DNA of 64,000 bases, taken from Octopus sinensis (taxonomy: Eukaryota). Shown here piece by piece: positions 50,881-61,315 of this stretch. Where the stretch lies: positions 22,208,464-22,272,463 of the forward strand of contig NC_043011.1 in assembly GCF_006345805.1 (NCBI RefSeq), written 5' to 3'. How positions within the stretch are numbered: the stretch's first letter is position 1; the number at the start of each line of letters is the position of its first letter. The position numbers and the translations under genes were made by a program. The notes under the pieces are model-generated. The model searched no databases. It had not been told where the DNA came from and was given only the letters and a program-made list of their open reading frames with translations.

Positions 50881-51899
50881 TACAAATAGTTCACAGACTA
50901 AGCTTCTCTAAATGTTGATTATTTTCATAGATAGTGTATATATGTCTAGAAATAGTTTACTGTTTATGTGTTTGTGGCAAAATGAATGCACTATTCACAG
51001 TGTGGTGACTGATGTAAGTTAATAAGATATGTAGTAGTTATAGTTGCTGAGGGCTACTGCTAAATCTCGGTTGACAACAGGAGGGGCATCTGGCCATTAA
51101 AGCAATGATGATGGTGGTGGTGATGATGATGGTGCCAATGTCAATGATGATATATATCAACGAAGCCTATTGAATTCATCCACTCATGTCCTGTCTCTGC
51201 TGTCGAACTGGCAAAGCATGATTCTCAGTCTCAGCTTATCTGCCTGGGAATAGATATGATGAGCCAGTATAATTCTCTGGTGGGAGTTAATATGATAACG
51301 ACTAACTTGATTAATATTTTATTTGTAATCTGAGTGACCTGAGAAAGTATTTCATTGTATCCTCGCTGAAATCACTTCATAGAAGACATAATATTTACTG
51401 ATTTCACAATGATCCTGTTGGCTACAGGACATAATTATCTTGATTGTATGTATTCTTTTTATTAACTAATAATTAATATGTAGTTGGAGTGATGACTTGA
51501 TGGCAGTATATATGGTGTTATTTTATAGACCCTGGATGGATAAATAACAAAACCGATGCTTGCATTATTTGTGTTCTGTATGTAGAAGGACATGACTAAA
51601 TACTCTTAGACCTTTACATCAATCTACCTCCCTTCCTTCTCATAGGGTGCCAACAAGAGCTCCCATCTGCCAGTGCTTCTCCCTTTCAACTTTCAGTTCG
51701 TTGCTTCATATGCAGTCTCTGAGACCTCTCCCTTACCAGGACCAGTCTCAGGCTTCTTTGTTGATGTTTCAATAGTTGTTGTGACGGCATTGCACCTAGA
51801 GAGTTAGCCTCCAAGGCACAAGTCTGGGCAAGGTTGTTTATGGAGGACCAGCAGTCGCCCACGCATACCAGCCTCCCCAATACAGTTTGGCACCAGTGA

Positions 51900-52225
51900 C
51901 GCTGCAGCTCATTTATTAACGTGCAAGTGGCTGAGCACTCCACAGACACGTGTACCCTTAATGTAGTTCTCGGGGAGATTCAGCGTGACACAGAGTGTGG
52001 CAAGGCTGGCCCTTTGAAATACAGGTACAACAGAAACAGGAAGAAAGAGTGAGAGAAAGTTGTGTTGAAAGAGTACAGCAGGGTTCACCACCACCCCCTG
52101 CTGGAGCCTCGTGGAGCTTTAGGTGTTTTCGCTCAATAAACACTCACAATGCCCGGTCTGGGAATTGAAACCATGATCGTACGACTGCGAGTTCACTGCC
52201 TAACCACTGGGCCATTGCGCCTCCA
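51900..52225 (-). mobile_element. tRNA-derived SINE sharing its 3' half with family C
   Basis: Head GTGGAGGCGCAATGGCCCAGTGGTTAGG; 3' block GTATTTCAAAGGGCCAGCCTTG..GAGAACTACATTAAGGGTACACGTGTCTGTGG shared with 43889-44218; the central region differs. Confidence 0.75.
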
Positions 52226-52426
52226 CGCAATAGTGATGTAGAATATTGATAGTGCAGGGCTGTTAACTTTACTCCTATTACTCTCTTCCTTTCTCAACTA
52301 GGCTTGGGACCAGCTATGGCAGAGTTCCTCATCTAATCTATTATCTAGAAAATATTACTGTTAGAATGTTAATAATTATATATACACACATATACATACA
52401 ACATCTTTTATGTAACATAATTTCAG

Positions 52427-52586
52427 ACTTGAACAACTTGCTCAATGTTTGGAAATGCCCAGTTCTCAGACTCGATGGGATAGTCCTTTATTTGTGATTC
52501 AAAAAGGAGATGAATTACCAAAGCAGAAAATTGCAGATGCTCTATTTTCTCGAAAGGCTCCACCTCCAAATATGTCAACACAATCA
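52427..52586 (+). CDS. KTI12: KTI12 coding exon 6 (RWDSPLF, APPPNMSTQS)
   Basis: Acceptor aatttcag|, translates (I)LEQLAQCLEMPSSQTRWDSPLFVIQKGDELPKQKIADALFSRKAPPPNMSTQS; donor TCA|gtaagt; partly seen as ORF 52449-52682. Confidence 0.96.
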
Positions 52587-53000
52587 GTAAGTCTTGATTC
52601 ATTGAAGAATTTGTTCAATCCTCTTCTTTGTTCCAAACCTATTGCATTAAATTTGTTTTGTTCTGCATTTTCCTGTCTGTAGTTGTATTTTGTGTTTATT
52701 TATTTCAACTCAACAGACATGTGACTGTTATAAGTCAATCATGATAAGCTTTTACATATTCTGTGTCCTTACATTTGCACCATTTACTACTAGTTCTTCT
52801 TCTCATACTAATTTAACTCTTCGGCTACCAAACGACCTGATGCTGCTCTTGCTTGAATGAGGTACACTTTCCATCGAAATTTTATGTTAATTTATAGTCC
52901 AAGCACCAGCTTAATAATAACAGTTATTTTACTAACCTCTTCAAAGGTAATAATTTTCAACAGAAATGTGGTAGCAAAAGAGTTAAATCTTTCTTTTTAA

Positions 53001-53032
<32 letters not shown>

Positions 53033-53283
53033 TTTTTTTTTTATTAAAGATCTTATTGAAGTATGTTAATTTTTAATCTAATAATGTGGTTATACTGTCT
53101 AGATCTAATAAGAATTTTTGATGTTGAAATCAAATTTCTCATTTACTGAAAATATTTTATACTATATCAGTTATAAATATTAGTTTTTCTATCTTTGCTT
53201 CCCATTTCTATATAGTGAAAAATACTTTTTTCCCCTCAGTTTGTTTATTAATATTTTCATTGTCACTTTTCATTTCTTTTCAG

Positions 53284-53346
53284 CAACCTTTGTCATCAAC
53301 AAATTTTCTCTATGATCTTGATTGTGTGACAAATACTACAATAAAA
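53284..53346 (+). CDS. KTI12: KTI12 coding exon 7
   Basis: Acceptor ttctttttcag|, translates QPLSSTNFLYDLDCVTNTTIK (Kti12 QPLxxxxFLxxLD motif); donor AAA|gtaagt; phase 0/0. Confidence 0.95.
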
Positions 53347-53404
53347 GTAAGTAGAAATTTTACTTTTTAATGTTCATAATTTGTGGTATATATAATTTTA
53401 TTTG

Positions 53405-54375
53405 TGGTGCTGGTGGCACGTAAAAAGCATCAACCGAACATGGCCAATGCCAGTACTCACTGACTGGCTCCCATACTGGTGTCACATAAAAGGCACTATC
53501 CAAATGTGATTAGTGCCAGGACTGCCTGACTGGCCCCCATGCTGGTGGCACATAAAAAGCACCATCTGAACGTGGCCAATGCCAGTACCCTCTAACTAGC
53601 TCCCGTGCCAGTGGCACATAAAAAGCACCATCTGAACGTGGCCAATGCCAGTACCCTCTAACTAGCTCCCGTGCCAGTGGCACATAAAAAGCACCATCTG
53701 AATGTGGCCAATGCCAGTACCCTCTAACTAGCTCCCGTGCCAGTGGCACATAAAAAGCACCATCTGAACGTGGCCAATGCCAGTACCCTCTAACTAGCTC
53801 CCGTGCCAGTGGCACATAAAAAGCACCATCTGAATGTGGCCAATGCCAGTACCCTCTAACTAGCTCCCGTGCCAGTGGCACATAAAAAGCACCATCTGAA
53901 CGTGGCCAATGCCAGTACCCTCTAACTAGCTCCCGTGCCAGTGGCACATAAAAAGCACCATCTGAATGTGGCCAATGCCAGTACCCTCTAACTAGCTCCC
54001 GTGCCAGTGGCACATAAAAAGCACCATCTGAACGTGGCCAATGCCAGTACCCTCTAACTAGCTCTCATGCCAAGGGCACATAAAAAGCACCATCTGAACG
54101 TGGCCAATGCCAGTACCCTCTAACTAGCTCCCGTGCCAGTGGCACAAAAGAGCACCATCTGAATGTTGCCGATGCCGGTACTCCCTGACTTGCTCCTGTG
54201 CTGGTGGTACGTAAAAAGCACCCACTATACTCTCAGGATGGTTCGCGTTAGGAAGAGCATGCAGCTGTAGAAACATTGCCAGATCAAATTGGAGCCGGGT
54301 GCAGCTGCTGGCTCTCCAGACCTCAGTCAAACTGTCCAACCCATGCCAGCATGGAAAACGGACGTTAAACAATGG
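53405..54375 (+). mobile_element. RTE LINE 3'-end copy with an expanded 66-bp minisatellite, filling most of KTI12 intron 7
   Basis: About 10 homogeneous 66-bp units from 53545 (period exactly 66) plus 2 older units, then the conserved tail to GGACGTTAAACAATGGTGATG. Confidence 0.85.
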
Positions 54376-54451
54376 TGATGTATGTCATTTTAATTGTAGT
54401 ATATATCATTGCATTCAATCTAAGCAGTTCTCTTTTTATTTTTTCCATCAG

Positions 54452-54520
54452 ACAATTATGCAAGCTCAGAGTTCGAGTGTCCCAGGAGATCAATTTACTA
54501 TTCCAGGAGTGGAAGAGAAA
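54452..54520 (+). CDS. KTI12: KTI12 coding exon 8
   Basis: Acceptor ttttttccatcag|, translates TIMQAQSSSVPGDQFTIPGVEEK (AQxxxVPGD motif); followed by the U12-type donor GTATCCTTTT. Confidence 0.94.
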
Positions 54521-56848
54521 GTATCCTTTTTCTGTTTTAATCATTTTTTGTTGGTTTCAGTCAGTGGACTGTGGCCAAGCTGGAGCATGACCTCAAGAGT
54601 TTTGAAGTTAGTGCGCCTGCATGGCCACATGGTAATATTGATCACAGTACTTAGATACTCGTTTATTAAATGGCCGTGTTTACTTATTGAGCTATTCTCT
54701 TTTAGAGAGTTACCTTCTTTTAAAGATTAAATAACACAAGGAGTTTATACAAGTATATTCACATCACTATATACATTATATACACATTACTAGTATACAT
54801 ACATACACTCTTTGGAGGGAGTAAATACCAGGAGTTTATGCTAGTATAGACACACTTGCATATACAAATGTATATGATAGTTGTTTTTTGCCTGCTTTTT
54901 CCATAGTGGCATGTGTTGGATGAGACTTATCAAGATAATATACACCAAGCTGTCCTTGTCAACAACCATTATCAATTTATTTAATCCTTTAGCATTTAAA
55001 CAGGCCATATCTGGCCCCAAAATTCTACCTGTTTTATGTTCAAACTGGCCAGATCCTGCCTCTCACACCTATCCTACAATATCATTCTAATAATATATAC
55101 AACCAGATCTTCAAAAAAAAGTTGTGGGATAATAGATTATTAATTAAAAACAATGTGATTAATTAAGCATTACAGTTGATAAAGCAATCTGAATGCTAAA
55201 GGGTTAAAATATTTTTATTCTGCTGAACTTCATTATGCTGTAATCATTGAGCTACAAAATGTATCATTTACTGGAAACGTAAACCCAGTATTCTTGTTAC
55301 AAGGTGTCAGTATGAAGATGCAGAAATAGTCATGTCAGCACATCCATGGACAAAGACATGTACACACAGTGTCTGTGTGTGTGCATATCTCTTTCTCTCT
55401 TTCTCTTGTTTCAGTCATTTGACTGCGGCCATGCTGGAGCACCGCCTTTAGTCGAGCAAATCAACCCCGGGACTTATTCTTTGTAAGCCCAGTACTTATT
55501 CTATCAGTCTCTTTTGCCGAACCGCTAAGTGACGGGGACATAAACACACCAGCATCGGTTGTCAAGCAATGCTAGGGGGACAAACACAGACACACAAACA
55601 TATACACACATACATACACATGTATACATATATACGACAGGCTTCTTTCAGTTTCCGTCTACCAAATCCACTCACAAGGCATTGGTCGGCCCGAGGCTAT
55701 AGCAGAAGACACTTGCCCAAGATGCCACGCAGCAGGACTGAACCCGGAACCATGTGGTTGGTAAGCAAGCTACTTACCACACAGCCACTCCTGCGCCTAT
55801 ATATATATATCTGATAGACTTTTATACTGTTTTTTATTTACCAGTTTCACTCACAAGACATTGGTAGGCTTAAAGCTACATTAGAAGAATCTTGACACAT
55901 GGCCAAAGTTCCATGCAGTGGGATGGAACTTGAACCCACATGGTTATAAAGGGAACTGCAATACCACACAGCCATGCCTGTACCATGTGCACACACACAC
56001 ACACACACATACATGCATGTACATGATGGATTTGTGGGAAGAAACTTATCCATCCATTTGTTTTAGTAAAAAAATGGAATCTGACTGAACCAGCATCCTC
56101 TATGGGAAGAACACATTGTGTAGTTGTTTACCATTGCAGACTATTTAGAAGGTAAATTATATAAAGATGGGATGTATGTTTATGTGTTTTCAACTTGTGT
56201 TGAAGATTATTCTGAAAAATCATGTTATTGGACTAAAATCTTCCTTTTGTTGAACCTCATAGTGCTTTCTCTACTACAGTTGCTAAAAAGTCAGTATTAG
56301 ATTTGATGACATGAAAGATACATAAGCAAAAAAGATGCACCCCAATATCAGCTGTACATATCCAGTGTTGGGGACAAAATTAATTTGTGGGACTCAGGGT
56401 GTTTTTTTTTTTTTTGAAGACATTATTTTAGAAAAGATGTATATCTTAGACACTATTACGTAAATATAGTGTTTCACTTCCCATCACCTGTGTTGCAAAA
56501 AGACATGACTAGTTTATGTATCTGTAAATAAGCACCTTATGCAGAAGTATTTTATAATTGATGACTTGCAGAGCTTCGATTTTTCCTCGTGATTGGACAA
56601 AGTAATAGAAAACCACTCTAGTATATTCAAAAGAGCCTTAAATTACACTGAGATGAATTCTTTAGTTGGTCCCTTTTTAAAATTTTTATCTGGAACATAT
56701 TAATCAGAATTTATTTACTTCCTAGTCTCTCTCTCTCTACATAATTTGATTGTTTTCTTGCAATTATCATATTCTTTTGATCTGTGTGTTATTGCTATTT
56801 ACTGAAGATTAAATATTATAGTGATTATTAAATTCCTTAACAATCCAG
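54521..56848 (+). other. U12-type (minor spliceosome) GT-AG intron, KTI12 intron 8
   Basis: 5' site GTATCCTTTT; branch site TTCCTTAAC at 56833-56841; 7 nt AATCCAG to the acceptor with no polypyrimidine tract; the join keeps the reading frame. Confidence 0.93.
55404..55797 (-). mobile_element. tRNA-derived SINE (family A), full length, inside the U12 intron
   Basis: Reverse complement of the family A sequence GGCGCAGGAGTGGCTGTGTGG...GACTGAAACAAG. Confidence 0.85.
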
Positions 56849-56992
56849 ATAGTATTTAATCGTCACCTACCATTATCAGAACTACAGCGGTACAGACGAC
56901 AGTTTATTACTTACACAAAAATGCATCCTGTTGAAGATACGAAGAAACTTTCTTGTATGTTTGTATCATATCTTAATAGTTATATTAGTTGA
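56849..56992 (+). CDS. KTI12: KTI12 coding exon 9 (terminal, C-terminal tRNA-binding domain)
   Basis: Translates IVFNRHLPLSELQRYRRQFITYTKMHPVEDTKKLSCMFVSYLNSYIS*, matching Kti12 ELxRxRRQFIxYTKMHP...MFxxYL; TGA at 56990-56992. Confidence 0.96.
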   Translation: MVFNRHLPLSELQRYRRQFITYTKMHPVEDTKKLSCMFVSYLNSYIS

Positions 56993-57031
56993 CAATAATA
57001 TATTTATATTTTTAAAATTTATTATTTTTTG

Positions 57032-57037
57032 AATAAA
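57032..57037 (+). promoter_or_regulatory. Candidate polyadenylation signal of KTI12
   Basis: AATAAA 40 nt after the stop codon in a U-rich context; actual use not shown. Confidence 0.5.
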
Positions 57038-57739
57038 GATATGGAAAATAATTTTGATTTTGAGTCTAACGTATTTATGAGTGTTTGTTTCTGGACATGT
57101 ATTGTCATAGCTTTTACATCTACTTTTACCTCACTGGCTTGTTTTGGATGAGATTTCTTACAGCAGTATTTTACAGCTAGATACCACCAATAATTACTTG
57201 TTTACATGTAAGTTACTATATTCGATTATCCTCTATGTTGAACTGACTGCTGAGTTGTGGGTTCTATTGTTTATGTAGGACCTAAACAAACAACATCAAA
57301 TAGTGTCAACACAAAAATGTGAGCACAAACACATACATACATTTTCCTGAAGTGCCACAAGCTTCAAATCTCTTGCTTGTGAAGAGAATTTTTTAACTAC
57401 ATAACCACTAAATTCTATTCACAAAGCAGCCTGAGGTTGTAGTAGAAGTTATAAGGATGTAATGCAGTGGGATGGGACCCACAACTACACAGCCCTGCAT
57501 GTGCCTACTATCTTTAAAATAGGGATCACATGTTTTAAGACTAAGATCTCTCCCAACACACAATATACTTTACAATATAAGTAGGAAACTCTAACTATAA
57601 ACTCAATTTGATGCATTGAACAGCTGATGATGCTCCCAAACTTATAACATAGGAAAGGAGTGTTTCTTAAGACTATTTGTGAAGTACAAGCAAAACTTGT
57701 GAATGGAAAAAAGTGACACATGGAAATGGAATGGTACTC

Positions 57740-58170
57740 TGCTGGTAACAAAGGGCCTTTCACTCAGAGTGTATGATGCATGTGTGCGAACAGCCATGCT
57801 ACATAGCAGTGAAACATGGGCTGTGACTGCTGAGGACAGGAAGAAATGAAGCTAGTGTGGCCCACTGGATGTGTAATATCAATGTGCATATACGACAGAG
57901 TGTAAGTGCCCTGAGAGAAAAGTTGAAGATAAGAAGCATCAGATGTGGTGTGCAAGAGGGACGACTGTGCTGGTATGGTCATGTGCTGCATATGGATGAG
58001 TACAGCTGTGTGAAGTAGTGTCACACTCTAACAGTGGAAGGAATTTGTGGAAGAGGTAGACTCAGGAAGACATGGGATGAGGTGGTGAAGCATGACCTTC
58101 GAATGTTGGGCCTCACAGAGGCAATGACAAAGACCGAGACCTTTGGAGATATGCTATGATTGAGAAGACC
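57740..58170 (+). mobile_element. RTE LINE ORF C-terminal fragment
   Basis: Translates YDACVRTAMLHSSETW..LREKL..RLCWYGHVLHM..EGICGRGRLRKTWDEVVKHDLRMLGL with stops and frameshifts. Confidence 0.85.
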
Positions 58171-59629
58171 TAGCAAGTCAAGATAGTTCCTTCTGGGATA
58201 GTAGGTTTGATGTCATCATCATTCAATGTCTATTTTCCATGCTGGCATAGGTTGGATGATTTGACTGAAAACTGGTAAGTTGCACCAGGTTTCTACAGTT
58301 GAATGCCCTTCCTAATGCCAACTACTCCAATAGTATAATGAGTGCTTTTTACATGTCAGTTACGAAACACTGGCATCGGCCATGACTATGATCTCACCTG
58401 GCTCGACAGGTCTTCTACAAGCACAGTATATTGTCAAAGGTCTCAGTCATTTGTCACTGCCTCTGTGGGGCCCAAAGTTTGAATGGTGCTTTTTACATGC
58501 CACTGGCATGGTAACCAGGTATGCGATACTGGCATCAGCCTCAACTACGATTTCACTTGGCTTGATGGGTCTTCTCAAGCACAGCATATCCAACATTCAA
58601 ATGGTGCCTTTTACATGCCACCAGCATGAGTGCCTGTTACACAACACTGGCATTAGCCATGATTGCGATTTCACTTGATTTGTCTCATATGTAGCTGGGT
58701 ATTAATAGGCATAAGGGTTTAAGGAGTATATCTAAAAGATGACTTAGTTGTGTCGTGGCCTCACAATTTTTGATCTCAATTTGAGATCAGTGGGTCTTAA
58801 TATTTTTATATACTGGTTCTTCTGTTCACTTACAGCTCTCTGTATTTTTGAGCTTTTATGGATCTTGTATAAACTGTAGAAATTGTCTTTAATTTCAGAG
58901 TTACATTAGTAGTCCATTTCTTAATCTGTAAAGGAGGCTTTAAAAAAATTTGTACCAAACTTGTAAAAATATATATTTATAAAAAATGAAAAATTCTTTC
59001 TAAAAGATGAAACTAAAACATATTACCACGGGATATTATCATTAATTATGTTCTCATTACTGTTACTAAAATAACTGGAAAAATCCACTTAAACAACCAA
59101 CACTACAATCTGTCATATGCATATGCTTAAATACACACACACATTAAAAGCTTTCTCAAATGATTCCATAGATTCTATTTTCTACAGCTAGGCAACATGA
59201 CAAGTGACCAAAAAAATTTGTCAGTCATACAATAACTAAAAGAAATTTATTGCAATTGATAAAAAAAATATTTGACCTCTTTGACTTGTCATCAATTTCA
59301 GCCATCCCAGATAAACACCCCTTCCTTTCTTTCTTTTGTTTAAAAACTCAACACACAGGTGCTTACCCACATGCTCATACATTCCCAAAACATCCTCTTT
59401 CCAAAACTCAAGAAAAGAGATTCAACTCTAGATTTTTTTTTCCAGCTCACTCACACATATATAAATGGTATGAATTTTCTATAAGAAATCATTCATGGTA
59501 AATCCCTGAAAGGGATGAAAGCACTAAATAAATAGCTTTTATCCAAATCCTGACTACTTTTGTTTTCTCAATATATAAAATGTATAAAAATATGTATACC
59601 ACTTCAAATAATTTATACACATCATCATG

Positions 59630-59965
59630 ATCATGATCATTTAGCACCTGTTTTCCATGTTGGCATGAGTTAGACAGTTTGATTGGAACTGATAAGCCAG
59701 AGAGCCAGACCAGGCTGCAGTCTGATTCAACTTGGTTTCTACAGCTGTATACCCTTCCTAACATTAACCACTCCAAGAGTGTAGTGGGTGCCTTTTACAT
59801 GTCACCAGCACTAGTCATGACTATGATTTCACTTGGCTTGACATATCATCTCAAGCACAGCAACTTGTCAAAGATCTCGATCACTTGTCATTGCCTCCTC
59901 AAGACTCAGCATCTGAAGATCATGTTTTACCACCTTGTCCCATGCCTTCCTGGGTTTACCTCTTC
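59630..59965 (-). mobile_element. RTE LINE 3' end (ORF terminus joined to 3'UTR)
   Basis: GRGKPRKAWDKVVKHDLQMLSLEEAMTSDRDL runs directly into the same 3'UTR and tail seen in the minisatellite-bearing copies. Confidence 0.8.
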
Positions 59966-60049
59966 CAAAGGTTTTCTCCACAGAGATCAGCATTTCTTTA
60001 TGCAGTTGTCCTTGTCCATAAATGCATATATATATATGTGTGACCTCGT

Positions 60050-60240
60050 CTGTATCACTAGCGATTTTCTTCCCATCTTCCCTTCTCGGGATCTTTCCTT
60101 CTCCTATGTTTCCGACGAAGAGCTGCGCTTGAAACGTCAAACCCTCCTTCTTCCCTTCTTTCCTGAGCGTCCAATAATACTTTATTTGTTCCACGTCCTT
60201 GCGTTGTTGTTTTTTTGTTTTTGTTTTCTTGTTTGGATTA
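60050..60240 (+). mobile_element. Penelope-like terminal repeat with hammerhead-like core
   Basis: 60108-60142 GUUU-CCGACGA-AGAGCUGCGCUU-GAAAC-GUC^AAAC; stem I GUUU/AAAC is intact, core position U4 is C. Confidence 0.5.
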
Positions 60241-60276
<36 letters not shown>

Positions 60277-61019
60277 TATATCAATGTGTGTATGTGTTTG
60301 TCCCCAATCACTACTTGAAAACTGGTGTTAGAAGTATTGGAGTTGATTTGCTCAACTAGACCTTTCATGGTGGTGCCACAACATGGATGCAGTCCAATGA
60401 CTGAAACAAATATAAGAAATCTACTGGCCTCTGGAAAGCAATCATACTCAACATTCAGTGAAGGAGTTTGTGGGAATTCTATATTCTATACATGATGTAA
60501 ACCATAGCTACACATCAGATGCAATTTGATCAATTCTCTCTTACACACTACATCTTATTCTTCTTATATCCAGTTTATCTTTCAGCTCAGCTGTGCTGCA
60601 TCATCCGTGCATACTGGCATCAGCTGCAAACCCAGGTGTCACCACCTTGAAATGTGGAGCTGAGAAAAATCAATAAATACAGGGGCCTGACTGGCCACTA
60701 TCAGATTCTGTGCCACTGATTTCCTTTGCAAAATAGGGATAATGGCAGCATGTCGGAAAAATGAGCCCTGCATGGTGAAGTGGCTGCTGCAGTGAGTGTT
60801 ACTGGCTATTCTCTGTGGCAATGCCATTACAGTCATTACCACGAGGTGCAGTTGAGCATACCATTTGTTCTGGGGTATGTGGCCCATTACCCCTCCCCCA
60901 CTCCATCTTCTGCTGCTTTACCCACTCCCTTTTTTCTTTTCTTTCTTTCCATTTCTTATCTCTTTTTTCTTCCTTATTTCTTTGTACTTAAATGTTATAA
61001 ATAACATTTTAATAATACT

Positions 61020-61315
61020 GGCCAACGAGGAGCCCATACATGTTCAGATTAGACGAAGGAAATGGGGATGGATTGGGCACACACTGTGGAAAGAGCCCTC
61101 AAATGTGACCATGACAAGCACTTGACTGGAACCCGTAGGGGAAAAGGAAGCGAGGACATCCTAAGCAGACATGGAAGTGGAGCATTTTGGACGAGTTCAG
61201 GAACACTGGCCTGACATGGGAAGCAGCCAAGAAACATGCCAATGACCGCAAAAAGTGGAAGACAACTGTTGAGGCCCTGTGCTCCACAAGGGGTAAAAAG
61301 GATTAAGAAGAAGAT
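61020..61315 (+). mobile_element. RTE-type LINE 3' end
   Basis: IRRRKWGWIGHTL..(shifted frame) DWNP.GKRKRGHPKQTWKWSILDE..KKWKTTVEALCS, ending in a GAA-rich tail. Confidence 0.8.

Noticed and set aside
53405-54200. CRISPR-like repeat array; ORF 53510-54013 with 22-aa repeats
   Set aside because: The apparent spacers are identical or homologous, there are no cas genes, and the context is a eukaryotic intron. It is a 66-bp minisatellite, and the ORF is open only because the unit is a stop-free multiple of 3.
59679-60368. 226-aa and 166-aa ORFs
   Set aside because: Chance read-through across RTE, Penelope-like and microsatellite fragments.
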